From Octopus vulgaris (lineage: Eukaryota), in assembly GCA_951406725.2 (NCBI GenBank), contig OX597826.1, forward strand, positions 53,692,001 through 53,756,000: DNA of 64,000 nt, in the 5' to 3' direction. Of this stretch, positions 51,041 through 63,923 are shown piece by piece (position 1 is the first letter of the stretch; each line of letters begins with the position of its first letter). The position numbers and the translations under genes were made by a program. Below the pieces are notes generated by a model. The model was given only the letters and a program-made list of their open reading frames with translations, did no database searches and had not been told where the DNA came from.

Positions 51041-53044
51041 ATGTATTATATTCTATTTAAGAGTTTGTGCACAGGAATGGTTAAAATAGTGTTCTGTTTT
51101 ATGAAACTTTTTAAAAGACTTAGGTTATACATTTTGCAACCAGAGTGTTATTTTAATCTATAAGCCCAAAATATTTGTGGCTGGTATATTTTTAGTGGTT
51201 GCTGCATAAGTTATATCAATAGAAGTTGAATTTGTTCTTGTATTATTCTCTATCTGATATCAAATCCCTTCAGAGATGAGCTTTTAAATTTTCATCTGCT
51301 AAATAAGTTATAGATAACGAAATCCCATGCATGAAACAAACATTAGTTAATAATGGGTATCCTGATAGATTAACAGATTAGGCCATAGCATCAACATTGC
51401 CATTTTCTCTTCAGCATAAATAATCATTAGTAGTATTCTAAGGACTAATGTACTTGGTCATAAAACTTATCTTCAAAATTGGCCTTGTGCACAGTAAAAA
51501 AAAAAAATCAATATTTTTTTTCTTATAAAGGCACTTTCTTTAATTAAATCATTTTGACATGAATTTTAAATCAATATCTCATGTCTAATATTTCAGTAGT
51601 AGAAGGTGATATAAGTAGCATTTTTCTATTGAGATAAATGTAAAATATGTTTCTCATTAAAATCCTCTTAGTTCGATGTCTTTTTTTTTTTTTTCTTTTC
51701 TCACAACCTATTTTTAAAAAGTGGTTGAAATGTGTGTGACTCTCTAAAGCTAATCTGTAACCTGGTTTAACACCGCCACCTTACCCTTTGGTGCATTTAG
51801 CGGAGTTAGAATTTGGGCCAGATCTCCATTCCAAGTATAGCTTTCTCCCTTCCTCTTAACATTGAGGTCTTTGAAAAAGGGGCAGAGGAGCTGTCCTTCC
51901 ATTGCTGACTATGTGATATAAAAATAATTTAAAAAAAATTTTTTTTTAATGAAAATAGATGTCAGATGGAGATCTTTATCTTCTATCTTTTACTTGTTTC
52001 AGTCACTGGATTGCAGCCAAGCTGGAGCACCACACTCAAAGGTTTAGTTGAACAAATTGAAACCAGTACTTAATTTTTTTTTCAAAGTCTGGTGCTTATT
52101 TTTATCAATCTCTTTTGCCAAATGCTAGGTTATTGGGACATAAACAAACCAGCACTGGTTGTCAAGTTGTGGGACACAGACACATGCACACAATAGTTTT
52201 CTTTAAATTTCCATCAACCAAATCCACTCACAAGGCTTTGGTCAACTCAAAGCTATAGGAGAAGACACTTAAGAACCGTTCTTTATTTTTCATCTGTTTT
52301 TTTTTTTTCAAAAACACTCATAATGTTTTCCAGAAATTTATAAAATAATACAAAAATAACTGTGTCTCAATGTTATAAGAACTACTAAAAGAATAGTTGC
52401 AAATTCATAGGTAAATTCCAAGTCAGAGGTTAAAATGAAATAAATTGAAGAGAGAGAATGAAATATGTTAGCTCTGTCTTTCTTCCTCTCTGAAATTAGT
52501 TTTCTGCCCATGTTTTTCCTGCAGTCATCAACTTACAGTTTTATAAAAGTAAAATTAATCATGATTGATTTTATTGATCTCTGATGATCTGTGAGCTTTA
52601 TGGGTACAACCTTTTCCCTCCAAACCAAAACCAATATAAAACAAAATATGTAATAGCTGTAACTATTGTGGATCAAATGAAGGAAATTAGTAAATGAGAA
52701 AGAGAGAAGTAAATATTTGGAGTAAGGTAAGCAGTAAATAAAAAAAAAATGCTAATGGCATTTAAAAAAAATTGGTGCATCAATGTTGAAATAGTACAAA
52801 ATAATAATAATAATAATTATAATAATAATAATAATAATAATAATATTGTAGTCACATCTGACACAGCATCCAAAATAGAATCACTGAGAGTCTTCTGGGA
52901 AGAATGAAGTTAGTGAAAGTATAAGTTCATTGTAACAAACTGTTATTCTCACTAAAACTGATAACAATGACCATTATTTTCTCTCTCTTGTCTATTCATG
53001 TGTTATGCGTCTAAGCAGTTCCATCATTTTCCATATAGAAACAC

Positions 53045-53626
53045 TCCTCCTTACCTGCTCCAAAGTAGGCCAAGGTCGTTTCATCTGCAGAGAAGATGAT
53101 TGCCTCAGTTTTTTGGGGGATGCAACAGGTATTGTGTTTATTGACTACATTCAAAAGGGCCACATCATCAAAGGACAGTACTATGCTAACTTGTGAAGGT
53201 AGTTACAAAAAGCTATAAGGATCAAACACTTAGGAAAACTGACAAAAACATTTTGTTTCATCAGGACAATGCTCCAACATACAAGTGCTTACTTTCAATG
53301 GCTGCTGTGCGTGACTGTGGCTTTGAACAGCTTGATCACCTTCCGTATTCTTCGGATTTGGTCCTATCTAACTACCACCTCTTTCTCCGACATGAAAAAA
53401 CACTAAGCTGGGAACCATTATCATATTGATGATGGTATCATATCTGCTGTTGGTGACATTTTCGACCAACAGGATGAAAACTTTATCTATGAGATCCAAA
53501 TACTGCAACACTGATGAAAGAAATGTGTGAACTATATAGGGGACTATGTTGAACAATAAATCTTATTTGGTCACATTCTATGAGAGTATCTTGGTAACCC
53601 TATGAACTTTTCAGTTGACCCTTGTA
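53045..53626 (+). pseudogene. Mariner (DD34D-type) transposase 3' remnant with right TIR
   Basis: AKVVSSAEKMIASVF, GIVFIDYIQKG...GQYYANL, ILFHQDNAP, LDHLPYSSDLVLSNYHLF; terminal CCTATGAACTTTTCAGTTGACCCTTG-TA. Confidence 0.9.
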
Positions 53627-53679
53627 ATATAAAAGAGTGAATAAATTTTGGTCAAAGTAAAAATGTTGTAGAATATATA

Positions 53680-54060
53680 GGTGCAGGCATAACTGAGTGG
53701 TAAGAAGCTTCCTTGCAAACCATGTGATCTTGGGTTCAGTCCCACTATGTGGTACATCAGGCAAGTGTCTTCCACTGCAATCTCAGGCTAAACAAAGCCA
53801 TGTGAGTGGATTTTGTGAGCCAAAAGAAGCTCTTTATATGTGTGTGTGTTTGTGCATGTGTGTGTGGCTTTGTGTTTGCGTCTGTCCTCACCCACTGCCT
53901 AATAACCAGTGTTGGTTTGTTTATGTCTCAATAACTTAACAATCAACAAAAACAAAAACAGGCCAAAAAATAAGAACTGGGATTGATTTGTTCAATCAAA
54001 CCCTTGAAGGTGGTGCCCCAGTATGGCCACAGTCAAATGAGTGAAATATGTAAAAGATAA
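53680..54060 (+). mobile_element. SINE-A, degenerate
   Basis: GGGTTCAGTCCCACTATGTGG...GGCAAGTGTCTTC...GGCCACAGTCAAATGA. Confidence 0.75.
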
Positions 54061-54084
54061 ATGATAAAAAAACTGATAATGGCT

Positions 54085-54505
54085 GGATGGTGACAGTTCC
54101 ATAAAAAAAAATGCTGATTTCTCAATGTAGATGGAACATCATATGGAAGTGGAAAACCCAGGAAGACCTGAGATGAAATACTGAAGATCAACCTCAGGAT
54201 GTCGAACCTTTTAGGCAAGATGACAAAGGACTAAGATGCCTGGTGCCTAAGAAGACCTGTACTTCACAGAAGTGTTCTGATTGGTCCTTGTGGCAGTGTA
54301 AAGCACTCATAGTGGTGTAGTGCCTGTGTATTGCCACATAAAAGCACCTGTGTGGTTCCATGTAAAAGCATCCATCCGTAGAAACCATGCCAAATCAGAC
54401 TGGAGTCTGGTGCAGCTTCCCAGCTTGCCAGCTCTAGTCAAACTGTCCAACCCATGCCAGCTTGGACAATGGATGTTAAATGATAATGATGATGATGATG
54501 ATGAT
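54085..54505 (+). mobile_element. RTE-LINE ORF end joined to family-C 3' UTR
   Basis: GSGKPRKT*DEILKINLRMSNL followed by family-C core and (GAT)n. Confidence 0.7.
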
Positions 54506-54915
54506 TACAGTGTGCACGTAAAAACAAGGAGTAGGTATAATGAGTTGAGTGCCAGGTGAGTAATATAAATCAAGGGAAGGTTCCAATTAAGAAAAGAATA
54601 TTTTTTTGCTCACTGTTAACGCAATGAACTATTCATATCCTATTTGTTTATTGTAATTCTGACAAATTACCCACCATCTCCAAATGTCTTTCAAATATAA
54701 TATTGGTTTCAGATTTTGGCACAAGGCCAGCAATTTCAAGGGAGGGAGTAAGTCAGTTACATTGATCCCAATACTCAACTGGTACTTTATTTTATCAACC
54801 CTGAAAAGATGAAAGACAAAGTCCACCTCAGCAGAATTTGAACTCAGAATGTCAAATTGGAAGAAATGCTGAGAAGCATTTTTCTCAACACACTAATAAT
54901 TCTGCCAGCTCACTG

Positions 54916-54946
<31 letters not shown>

Positions 54947-55214
54947 AACAATAATATTGCACCTTATTTAAATATTTTATTTCTCAGAAAAATTACAAGT
55001 CTCCTAGACATGCAACCTCTGACCTCCCATTATGCCTACTTGACATTTGTTCTTTCTTTTATGAGCTCACAATGGACTCAAGAGAGAACAAACATCCAGT
55101 TTAAGAATCAGTGGGTTAGATGACATGTAAAAGTTTTACTTTGCACTGATTGGGGAATAATGAGATAAGGAAGGAGAAAGCTTCAATTCTCTTCATTGAT
55201 CTCATTTCTTAACT

Positions 55215-55615
55215 GGTAAAGTCCATGCCAGCACCATGTAAAAACAGCATCTGTGCTGGTGCCACATAAAAGTGCAGCGGTGTTAGTGCAACGTAAAAGA
55301 ACACCCATGCTGGCACCACATAAAAGAGCATTGGTGCCAACACCATGTAAAGAGCATCAGTGCTGGCAGAATATAGAAAGCACCCATAGAAAGTGGTTGG
55401 GGTTGGGAAAGGCATCCAGCCAAAGAAACCATGCCAAAGCTGGAGCCTAGTGATACCAGTCATGCCAAGACTGCCAGTTATGCCAGTCATGCCAGGTGAC
55501 TGCTAGTGACTGCCAGTCATGCCAAGACTGGAGCCTAGTGCAGCTCTCAGGTTTGTGAGCTCCTGTTCAACCATCCAACCCATGCAAGTATGGAAAATGA
55601 TGATGAAGATGAGGA
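55215..55615 (+). mobile_element. Family-C variant with short internal tandem units
   Basis: ~26-30-bp ATG(C/T)...CACCA(T/C)(G/A)TAAAA units and (GCCAGTCAT)-type repeats around the core. Confidence 0.7.
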
Positions 55616-55774
55616 TAATAAGCATAAGAATGGCTGACATCTTCAAAACTGAAATTAATTATTGCTGTTGAGAAACGTGTATGTAATACCATTTACATCA
55701 GTGAAAGATGCATAAAGGTGAAGTCGCTATATGGTTGCTTGACCTATAAGTAATAACTGCCAAATTTCCTTTAA

Positions 55775-57496
55775 CCTTTAACCATGTTTCTGTTGAAGTA
55801 CAGATTTTTAATCAGTTAAATGGGTTAACAGACACTCTGTCGGTTACAATGATGGGGGTTCCAACCGATTCAATTAACAGAACAGCCTGCGCATGAAATT
55901 AATGTGCAAGTGGCTGAGCACTCCACAAATGCACATACTCTTAACATAGTTCTCAGGGAGATTCAGAGGGACACAGAATATAAGGCTGACCCTTTGAAAT
56001 ACAGGTACTTTTCATTTTTATCAGCTGAGTGGAGTGGCCCATCATGAAATAAAGGACACAACATACTGCCGAGAATCTTATGATCATGAGACGAATACAT
56101 GAACCAATAAGCTATGGACTTTCAGTTAATTTTGAAAATGTTGAAGAATATAGTAAAATAACTTTTCTCTTACTATGCTGATATTTAGAACAAAAAACGG
56201 TATGGAATTTTAATAGGATGTTTTTAAATTACATAACTTTAAAATAGGAAGAACCAAAGGCAGTTTTATAATATATAGGTAACTTTAAAACATGAAGACC
56301 CAAAGGCAGTTTTATAGATAGATGACTTTAAAACAGGAAAAACCAAAAGTAGTTTCATATATAGACCACTTTAAAACAGGAAGAACCAAAGGCAATTTTA
56401 AATATAGATGACTTTAAAACAGGAGGAACCAAAAGTAGTTTTATATATAGAAGACTTTAAAACAGGAAGAACCAAAGGCAGTTTTATAGATAGATGACTT
56501 TAAAACAGGAAAAATCAAAAGTAGTTTCATATATAGACCACTTTAAAACAGGAAGAACCAAAGGCAATTTTAAATATAGATGACTTTAAGACAGGAGGAA
56601 CCAAAAGTAGTTTTATATATAGACCACTTTAAAACAGGAAGAACCAAAAGTAGTTTTATATATAGATGACTTTAAAACAGGAAGAACCATAGGCAGTTTT
56701 ATATATAAAAAACTTTAAAACAGCAAGAACCATAGGCAGTTTTATATATAGATGATTTTAAAACAGGAAAAACCAAAAGTAGTTTTATATATAGACAACT
56801 TTAAAACAGGAAGAACCAAAAGTAGTTTTATATATAGATGACTTTAAAACAGGAAGAACCATAGGCAGTTTTATATATAGATGATTTTAAAACAGGAAAA
56901 ACCAAAAGTAGTTTTATATATAGGCAACTTTAAAACAGGAAGAACCTAAAGTAGTTTTATATATAGATGACTTTAAAACAGGAAGAACCATAGGCAGTTT
57001 TATATATAGATGACTTTAAAATAGGAAGAACCAAAGGCAGTTTTATATATAGAAAACTTTAAAACAGGAAGAACCAAAAGTAGTTTTATATATAGATGAC
57101 TTTAAAACAGGAAGAACCAAAGGCAGTTTTATATATAGATGACTTTAAAACAGGAAGAACCAAAAGTAGTTTTATATATAGCTGACTTTAAAACAGGAAG
57201 AACCATAGGCAGTTTTGTATATAGACGACTTCAAAATAGGAATGCCAAAAGTAGTTTTATACATAGATGACTTCAAAATAGGAAAGCCAAAAGTAGTTTT
57301 ATATAAAGATGACTTTAAAACAGGAAGGACCAAAGGCAGTTTTGTATATAGATGACTTCAAAATAGGAAAGCCAAAAGTAGTTTTATACATAGATGACTT
57401 CAAAATAGGAAAGCCAAAAGTAGTTTTATATATATAGATGACTTTAAAACAGGAAGGACCAAAGGCAGTTTTAGGCAAGTCAATACCAAAAAAGGG
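55775..57496. mobile_element. TTAA-type MITE expanded by a SINE-D insertion and a satellite
   Basis: TTAA-CC at 55771-55776, AAAGGG-TAAA at 57491-57500; 56120-56190 aligns by eye with the reverse complement of the MITE at 40562-40775. Confidence 0.65.
56235..57473. repeat. 43-bp tandem satellite, ~29 units
   Basis: Unit ACTTTAAAACAGGAAGAACCAAAGGCAGTTTTATATATAGATG with AAAGTAG and TAGGCAG variants. Confidence 0.97.
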
Positions 57497-58007
57497 TAAA
57501 ACTATGCCTAGTTACTTTAAAAAGAGAACACAAAATTGGTGCTCCAGTACAGCTGCAGCTCTTGAGCCGAAACTAGAAGAGAACATGTTCTAAAACTAAG
57601 TTGAGATAGTCATGGCTGGGTTGCCTTTGATCATATGATTGTTCAGTCTAGGTTGACTTCGAGCTTAGCAACAACAACAAAATGAAAACAGCAACCAAAA
57701 AGACGAGAGGAGCTCATATTTAATATATCTTAAAAGAGTGTTCAGTTCCTAGTGACATGTTGTGTCCCGGAGCAAAACATTTTATTTCACATTGCTCCAG
57801 TTCACTCAGCTGGCAAAAATGAGTAGTTCCTTTATTTCAAAGGGCCAGCCTTGTCAATCTCTGCATCACGCTGAATTTCCCTGAAAAACTATGTGAAGGG
57901 TTATTCATGTCAGTGGAATGATTAGCCACTCACATGTCAATTTCATGAGCAGGCTGTCTTGTTGATTGGATGAACTGGAACCCTTGGTATCGTAACTGAT
58001 GCCATGC

Positions 58008-58138
58008 AAGAAGATGAGAAGAAGTAAGAGAAGAAAGAAGAGGAAGAAAAAGAAGAAGAAGAAGAAGAAGAAGAAGAAGAAGAAGAAGAAGAAGAAGAAG
58101 AAGAAGAAGAAGAAGAAGAAGAAGAAGAAGAAGAAGAA
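58008..58138. repeat. (GAA)n microsatellite
   Basis: Direct reading. Confidence 0.95.
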
Positions 58139-58520
58139 TGGCTAGCTGGTAGAATCATTCTTTTGGGGTTAATAAAATAAGTACCAATTGAGCACTGGGT
58201 TTGATGTAATCAGCTTAGCCCCTCCCATGAAATTTGAAACTAGTGTATCTTAAAAGTAAGGGCAGTGGGCTGGCAGAATCACTAGCATGCTGGAAAGAAT
58301 GCTAAGTGGCCTTTCCTCCGAGTTTATGGTCTGGGTCAATATTCTGCTGAGGTCAACTTTTCCTTTCATCCTTTCAGGGTTGATAAAATAAGTACTGGGG
58401 TTGATTTAATTGACTTAGCACCTCTCATGATATTGCTGGCCTTGTGCCAAAATTCGAAATCAATATATCTTAAAAAGTTAGCATAAATTAATTGCTTTCT
58501 GTTTTCATCGTTGATATAAA

Positions 58521-58920
58521 CGTAGGAGTGGCTGTGTGGTAAGTAGCTTGCTTACGAACCACATGGTTCCGGGTTCAGTCCCACTGCGTGGCACCTTGGG
58601 CAATTGTCTTCTACTATAGCCTCGGGCCGACCAATGCCTTGTGAGTGGATTTGGTCGACGGAAACTGAAAGAAGCCCGTCGTATATATGTATATGTATGC
58701 ATGTATGCATGTATGTATGTGTGTGTATATGTTTGTGTGTCTGTGTTTGTCCCCCCCAACATCGCTTGACAACCGATGCTGGTGTGTTTGCGTCCCTGTC
58801 ACTTAGCGGTTCGGCAAAAGAGACCGACAAAGAATAAGTCCCGGGGTCGATTTGCTCGACTAAAGGTGGTGCTCCAGCATGACCGCAGTCAAATGACTGA
58901 AACAAGTAAAAGAGAGAGAG
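58521..58920 (+). mobile_element. Full-length, little-diverged SINE-A
   Basis: GGAGTGGCTGTGTGGTAAGTAGCTTGC...GGTTCCGGGTTCAGTCCCACTGCGTGG...AAACAAGTAAAAGAG with CpGs retained. Confidence 0.92.
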
Positions 58921-59034
58921 TATGTCAAAAGTTAAAGAATTGAGATTTTCTGACGACAATTTAGACCTCCAGGAATGGTATGTATGTCTTTGTGTGTGTT
59001 ATATCAAGCGTAGATTTTAGAACACCAACATATG

Positions 59035-59073
<39 letters not shown>

Positions 59074-59530
59074 CCTATTCAACATGAAAAATTAATGACG
59101 TGATAGATAACAGCAAGACTCTTTGTGGTTCAGTCAAACTTTCATTTAATGAAATGAAAAGAAAAGCAATTCTGTCTCACAACAGATTTTTCAACTTAGA
59201 TCAATAAAATTCTTTTTCGCCCACCTGAAAAATATAATTATCTTAATTATACTGTTCTTTCACCATATCAAATAATCTGGAGGTGGGGAGAGAAGGGGAG
59301 GGGAGGGGAAGGGAGAGAAAGATTCTAGACAGAAGAGATCATGCGATGCTGACCAGCAGAACTTCCTTCACTGGGACCATTAACCGAAACATGTTAACCT
59401 AATCTGGAGTAGAAAGGCTACCTTCAGTATCCTTCCGATACGAGGTGCTTAAGTTTCATATTATGTAGAAAGAGAGAAATCACGACCAAAATATTTGTTT
59501 ACCTGTACCTTAACTGGACTTATAATGCAT

Positions 59531-59566
<36 letters not shown>

Positions 59567-59816
59567 ATGTAGTATGTCTTAATTATTAGTGCAAAACCAT
59601 TAAGAGACCGTTTTAGGTAGCTAAAGTAAGAGAAGATAAAGAGTTAGTTAGAATGTGTAATGGGTAGAAATAATTGCTGGTGAATCTCCTCAAGTCCCCA
59701 ATCTGGTTACATATTATTACATATTTTGTAGAATTATCCCGAACAAGCAAGATTTTAAGAAGAAAGATGACTAGGTGTAAAAAAAAACCCCAAAAAAACA
59801 GAGGAGTAATAATAAT

Positions 59817-60141
59817 GAGGAGGAGGAGGGGGGAGAAAAAGAAGGAGGGGGGGTGTGAGAAGGGGAGGAGGAGAAGAAGGAGGAGGAGGAGGAGAAGAAG
59901 AAGAAGAAGGAGAAGAAGAAAAAGAAGAAGAAGAAGAAGAAGGAGAAGGAGAAAAAGAAGAAAAAGAAGAAGAAGAAGAAGAAGGAGAAGGAGGAGGAGA
60001 AGAAGAAGAAGAAGAAGAAGAAGAAGAAGAAGAAGAAGAAGGAGAAGAAGGAGGAGAAGAAGAAGAAGAAGAAGAAGAAGAAGAAGAAGAAGAAGAAGAA
60101 GAAGAAGAAGAAGAAGAAGCAGCAGCAGCAGCAGCAGCAGC
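59817..60141. repeat. Purine-rich (GGA/GAA)n plus (GCA)n compound microsatellite
   Basis: Direct reading; explains the poly-R/E/S ORFs. Confidence 0.95.
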
Positions 60142-61776
60142 GGGTTTTGTTTTTAGCACTGACCAGATCTTTGGACTCAGAAATAACTGAGAATAAAGCA
60201 ATGAATAGTAAAGAGCCTTGATTTTCAACTTCATTGATTTTTTCCAGAAATCCATTGATGAGAATAAGAATAGAATTTTCTGGATTATTAACTTACGTGG
60301 CCTATTGTATAAGACTATTAGTTTAGAAATAGCAGCTCTTAGTCTGAATCTAGTTTTAAACTATATATATCTATACACACACACACACATATATATATAC
60401 TCTCATACTTAGGAATAACGCATTGGCTGAGAACTGGAAAATATATATATGATCATTTTGGTCTGCTAGAAATAGAAGTCAAGTTACCATTAAGTCATAG
60501 TTTTAAATTTGAAAATGAGGATATGTGAGACTACATGAGATGCATAATATATTGGGGATAAAAACATGGGTTCAGAAATTCACTTTCCAGCCACAAGGTT
60601 CCTGGTTCAATCTCACTGTGTGGCACCATAGGCAAGTGTCTTCTGCAATAGTCCAGGGCTGACAATGTCTTGTGAGTGAATTTGGTAGACGGAAACTGTG
60701 CAGCAGCTCTTCATATTTATATGTGTGCAGGTATATACGCATTTCTTTTTACCCCACTGGTTAGGCAACCAGGTCAACATTCTTCCTGATCAGAAGAATA
60801 TTCTGTTGTAGGGTTATCTATGTATAGCTGAGTGAACTGGAGCAACATAAAATGAAGTGTCTTGCTCAAGAACACAACATGTAGTCCAGGAATTGAACCC
60901 ATGGTCAAGCAATCATGAGTGCAACACCCTAACCATTAGACTATGTACCTTCACATGAATTTAATGGTTAAAAAAAAACAGACAAAAAACATTTCAAAAA
61001 TACAAAATTCATGTTGAAATGATCATAAATGACTTATGTAAAACTGTTTAAGTAAAATCACATGGTCACTAAGTACCCCAATTTATATTGGCATTTTGGT
61101 TTAAATATAAGTAAAAATTCAGATGGTTTAAGGTGTTTTAGTAAGAAAAGGGTTTAAGATGACAAGCTATTATAGAGCCAATTATTAATGCCATTAAAAG
61201 GAACCATGGCATTATCTTGGACATGCGCCAAAGATGAATGATTGTAGAATTGTCCTTCAAGACACCATCATAATAATAAAGGTGTGGAAATGAATCAAGG
61301 TCCTGGTAACTATGACATAAATAAAAATACAAAGGATCAGGCAGTATGAAGTTATTTGTTTTCTGCCCTTATGTATCTGCAAATATGGTAAGGGATTAGT
61401 TATATAGAAAAGGTATCTGAGATTCCAAAACTATAAAATAAATCGGTTGTTCAGTTTTTCATTACAAGATCTATATAATTGAATTAAGCAAATTTTAAGT
61501 TCATCACATAAAGTATTTCAACACCCATATAACAAGTGATAGTCATCATCGTTATCTTCATTATCACTTAATGTCTGTTTTCCATGCTGGCATGGGTTGG
61601 ATGCTTTAACAGGAGCTGGCAAGCTGAAGGGCTGCACCAGGTCCCAGTCATCTGTTTTGGCATGGTTTCTGTGGCTGGATGCCCTTCCTAATGTCAACCA
61701 CTTTACAGGGTGTACTGAGTGCTCTTTATGTGGCACTGGCACTGTCACTGACATGGGTGGTCATTATGTAGTGTCA

Positions 61777-62235
61777 GTGAGCTGGCAGAATCATTAGCAT
61801 GCCAGGCAAAATGCTTAGCAGTATTTCGTTCTGAGTTCAAATTTTGCCAAGGTTGACTTTGCCTTTTATCCTTTCGGGGTCGATTAAATAAGTACCTATT
61901 TCTTTACTACCCACAAGGGGCTAAACACAGAGAGGACAAACAAGGACAGACAAATGGATTAAGTCAATTATATCGACCCCAGTGCGTAACTGGTACTTAT
62001 TTAATCGACCCCGAAAGGATGAAAGGCAAAGTCGACCTCGGCAGAATTTGAACTCAGAACGTAGCGGCAGACGAAATACGGCTACATATTTCGCCCGGCA
62101 TGCTAACGTTTCTGCCGGCTCACCGCCTTAAATAAGTACCAGTTACACACTGGGTTTGATGTAATTGACTTGATCCCTTTGTCTGTCTTTATTTGTCCCC
62201 TCTATTTTTAGCCCCCTGTAGGCAATAAACAAATA
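61777..62235. mobile_element. SINE-B (+) with an inverted SINE-B (61897-62127) nested inside
   Basis: 13-bp TSD TTAAATAAGTACC at 61884-61896 and 62128-62140. Confidence 0.9.
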
Positions 62236-62479
62236 ATTATGTAGTGTCTGCACAGTTGCTATTTATGTGATGCTGGCACTGATAATTTTTACATGGTGCC
62301 ACTATGGGTGCTCTTTTACATGGTGCCATCATGGGTGCTTGTTATGTGGCACCAGTATACCAAATGGCCTGTGATACAAAAGATATCTCAGCTGAGAGAC
62401 GGAGAGGAACTGAGAGATGTGGTCACAATTCCTCCCCCTCTCTATTTTGTCTATTTTGGAAATATAAACTAAAGTTATG

Positions 62480-62810
62480 TAACTGCGTGGAACCTTGGGC
62501 AAGTGTCTTTTACTATAGCCTTGGGCCGACCAAAGCCATGTGAGTGGATTTGGTAGACGGAAACTAGAAAGAAGCCCGTCGTATATATGTACATATACAT
62601 ATATATATATATATATATTTTTTTTTATTATATAGAAGGAGCTTCTACAGGACTAGAACTGTTTCATTCAAGAGAAAGCTTCCTGAAGATTTCTCTTGAA
62701 TGAAACAGTTCTAGTCCTGTAGAAGCTCCTTCTATATAATAAATTAATTTTACTCTGCTATGTATTGAGTACCTTATTTACTGTGGTTAACCCCGAATCA
62801 ACCCGGGACC

Positions 62811-62848
<38 letters not shown>

Positions 62849-63064
62849 TGTGTGTATATGTTTGTTTGTCTGTATTTGTCCCCCCAATATAGCTTGACAA
62901 CCGATGCTGGTGTGTTTACGTCCCCGTAACTTAGCGGTTCGGCAAAAGAGAATGATAAAATAAGTACTAGGCTTACAAAGAATAAGTCCTGGGGTCGATT
63001 TGCTTGACTAAAGGTGGTGCTCCGGCATGGCCACAGTCAAATGACTGAAACAAGTAAAAGAGTA
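62480..63064 (+). mobile_element. 5'-truncated SINE-A carrying an insertion in its internal (TA)n
   Basis: ACCTTGGGCAAGTGTC...GAAGCCCGTCG (TA)n [insert] ...TTGTCCCCCCAA...AAACAAGTAAAAGAG. Confidence 0.9.
62624..62812 (+). mobile_element. Palindromic short element in (TA)n, Penelope inverted-pLTR-like
   Basis: 120-bp near-perfect palindrome 62624-62743 centred on CTTC-CT-GAAG, AATAAA at its right edge, then ~70 bp unique; Penelope label is inference. Confidence 0.65.
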
Positions 63065-63866
63065 ACTAAGTAGAACAAAAGTTGCTAACATTTATACTAA
63101 AATATCTCTACTTTTGTTTCATGCAGACGAATTTAATGCTATGTTGTTCCACTTATATTTATTAAGTGTAGATTAGGGGCAACAGACACTCATGTAAACT
63201 AAACTACATTTGTTGGACACACATACACACAAAATCCTATAGGTTGGGTAACAGCAGAACAATTTCCTATATACAAAAGTTCTCTGAGGAGTAAACATAT
63301 TTTCAATCATACCATGTGATGAAATATCAAACCAGATGTGAAGAAACTAAATTGCTCAGCTATCTGATAAATGCATCTGAAAGCAAATATTCTTTGGTTT
63401 TTAGTTCCAAAGGAAACACTTGCACTGCTTCAAGAACACAGACAAAAAAACAGAAAAATAATAAATCCAAGAACATGACCAAAGGCTTCCATAAAATACT
63501 TGAAATCAATAGCACAGTATTAGAACAGATATGAAAAAATTGGAAATCCGAGAAAACTGGAGGCAGTTCATATCAGCCGAAGTAATCCCTTAAATAAAAG
63601 AATCCAATGTTTCCAGTATTTGCTTTTATTTTGTTAGAGAGAGAATACACAAACATGTGTGTGCTTGTGTGTAGATATATGTGTGTGCGTGAGTGTGTGT
63701 GTGTGTGTGCATATGAAGGCGTGTGGTTTAATGGTCAGGAGCATTCGGCTCATGATCGTAAGGTCGTGAGTTCAATTCCTCAGCCACTTGCACATAAATT
63801 TCACAAGCAAGCTGTTCTGTTGATCGTATCAGCTGGGAGCCTCGTCGCCATAACCAACAGAGTGCT

Positions 63867-63923
<57 letters not shown>

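Noticed and set aside
56235-57473. CRISPR-like array
   Set aside because: Units are contiguous near-identical 43-mers with no unique spacers; no cas genes; animal context.
59674-60255. Poly-R, poly-E and poly-S ORFs
   Set aside because: Translations of a trinucleotide microsatellite, open in several frames on both strands.
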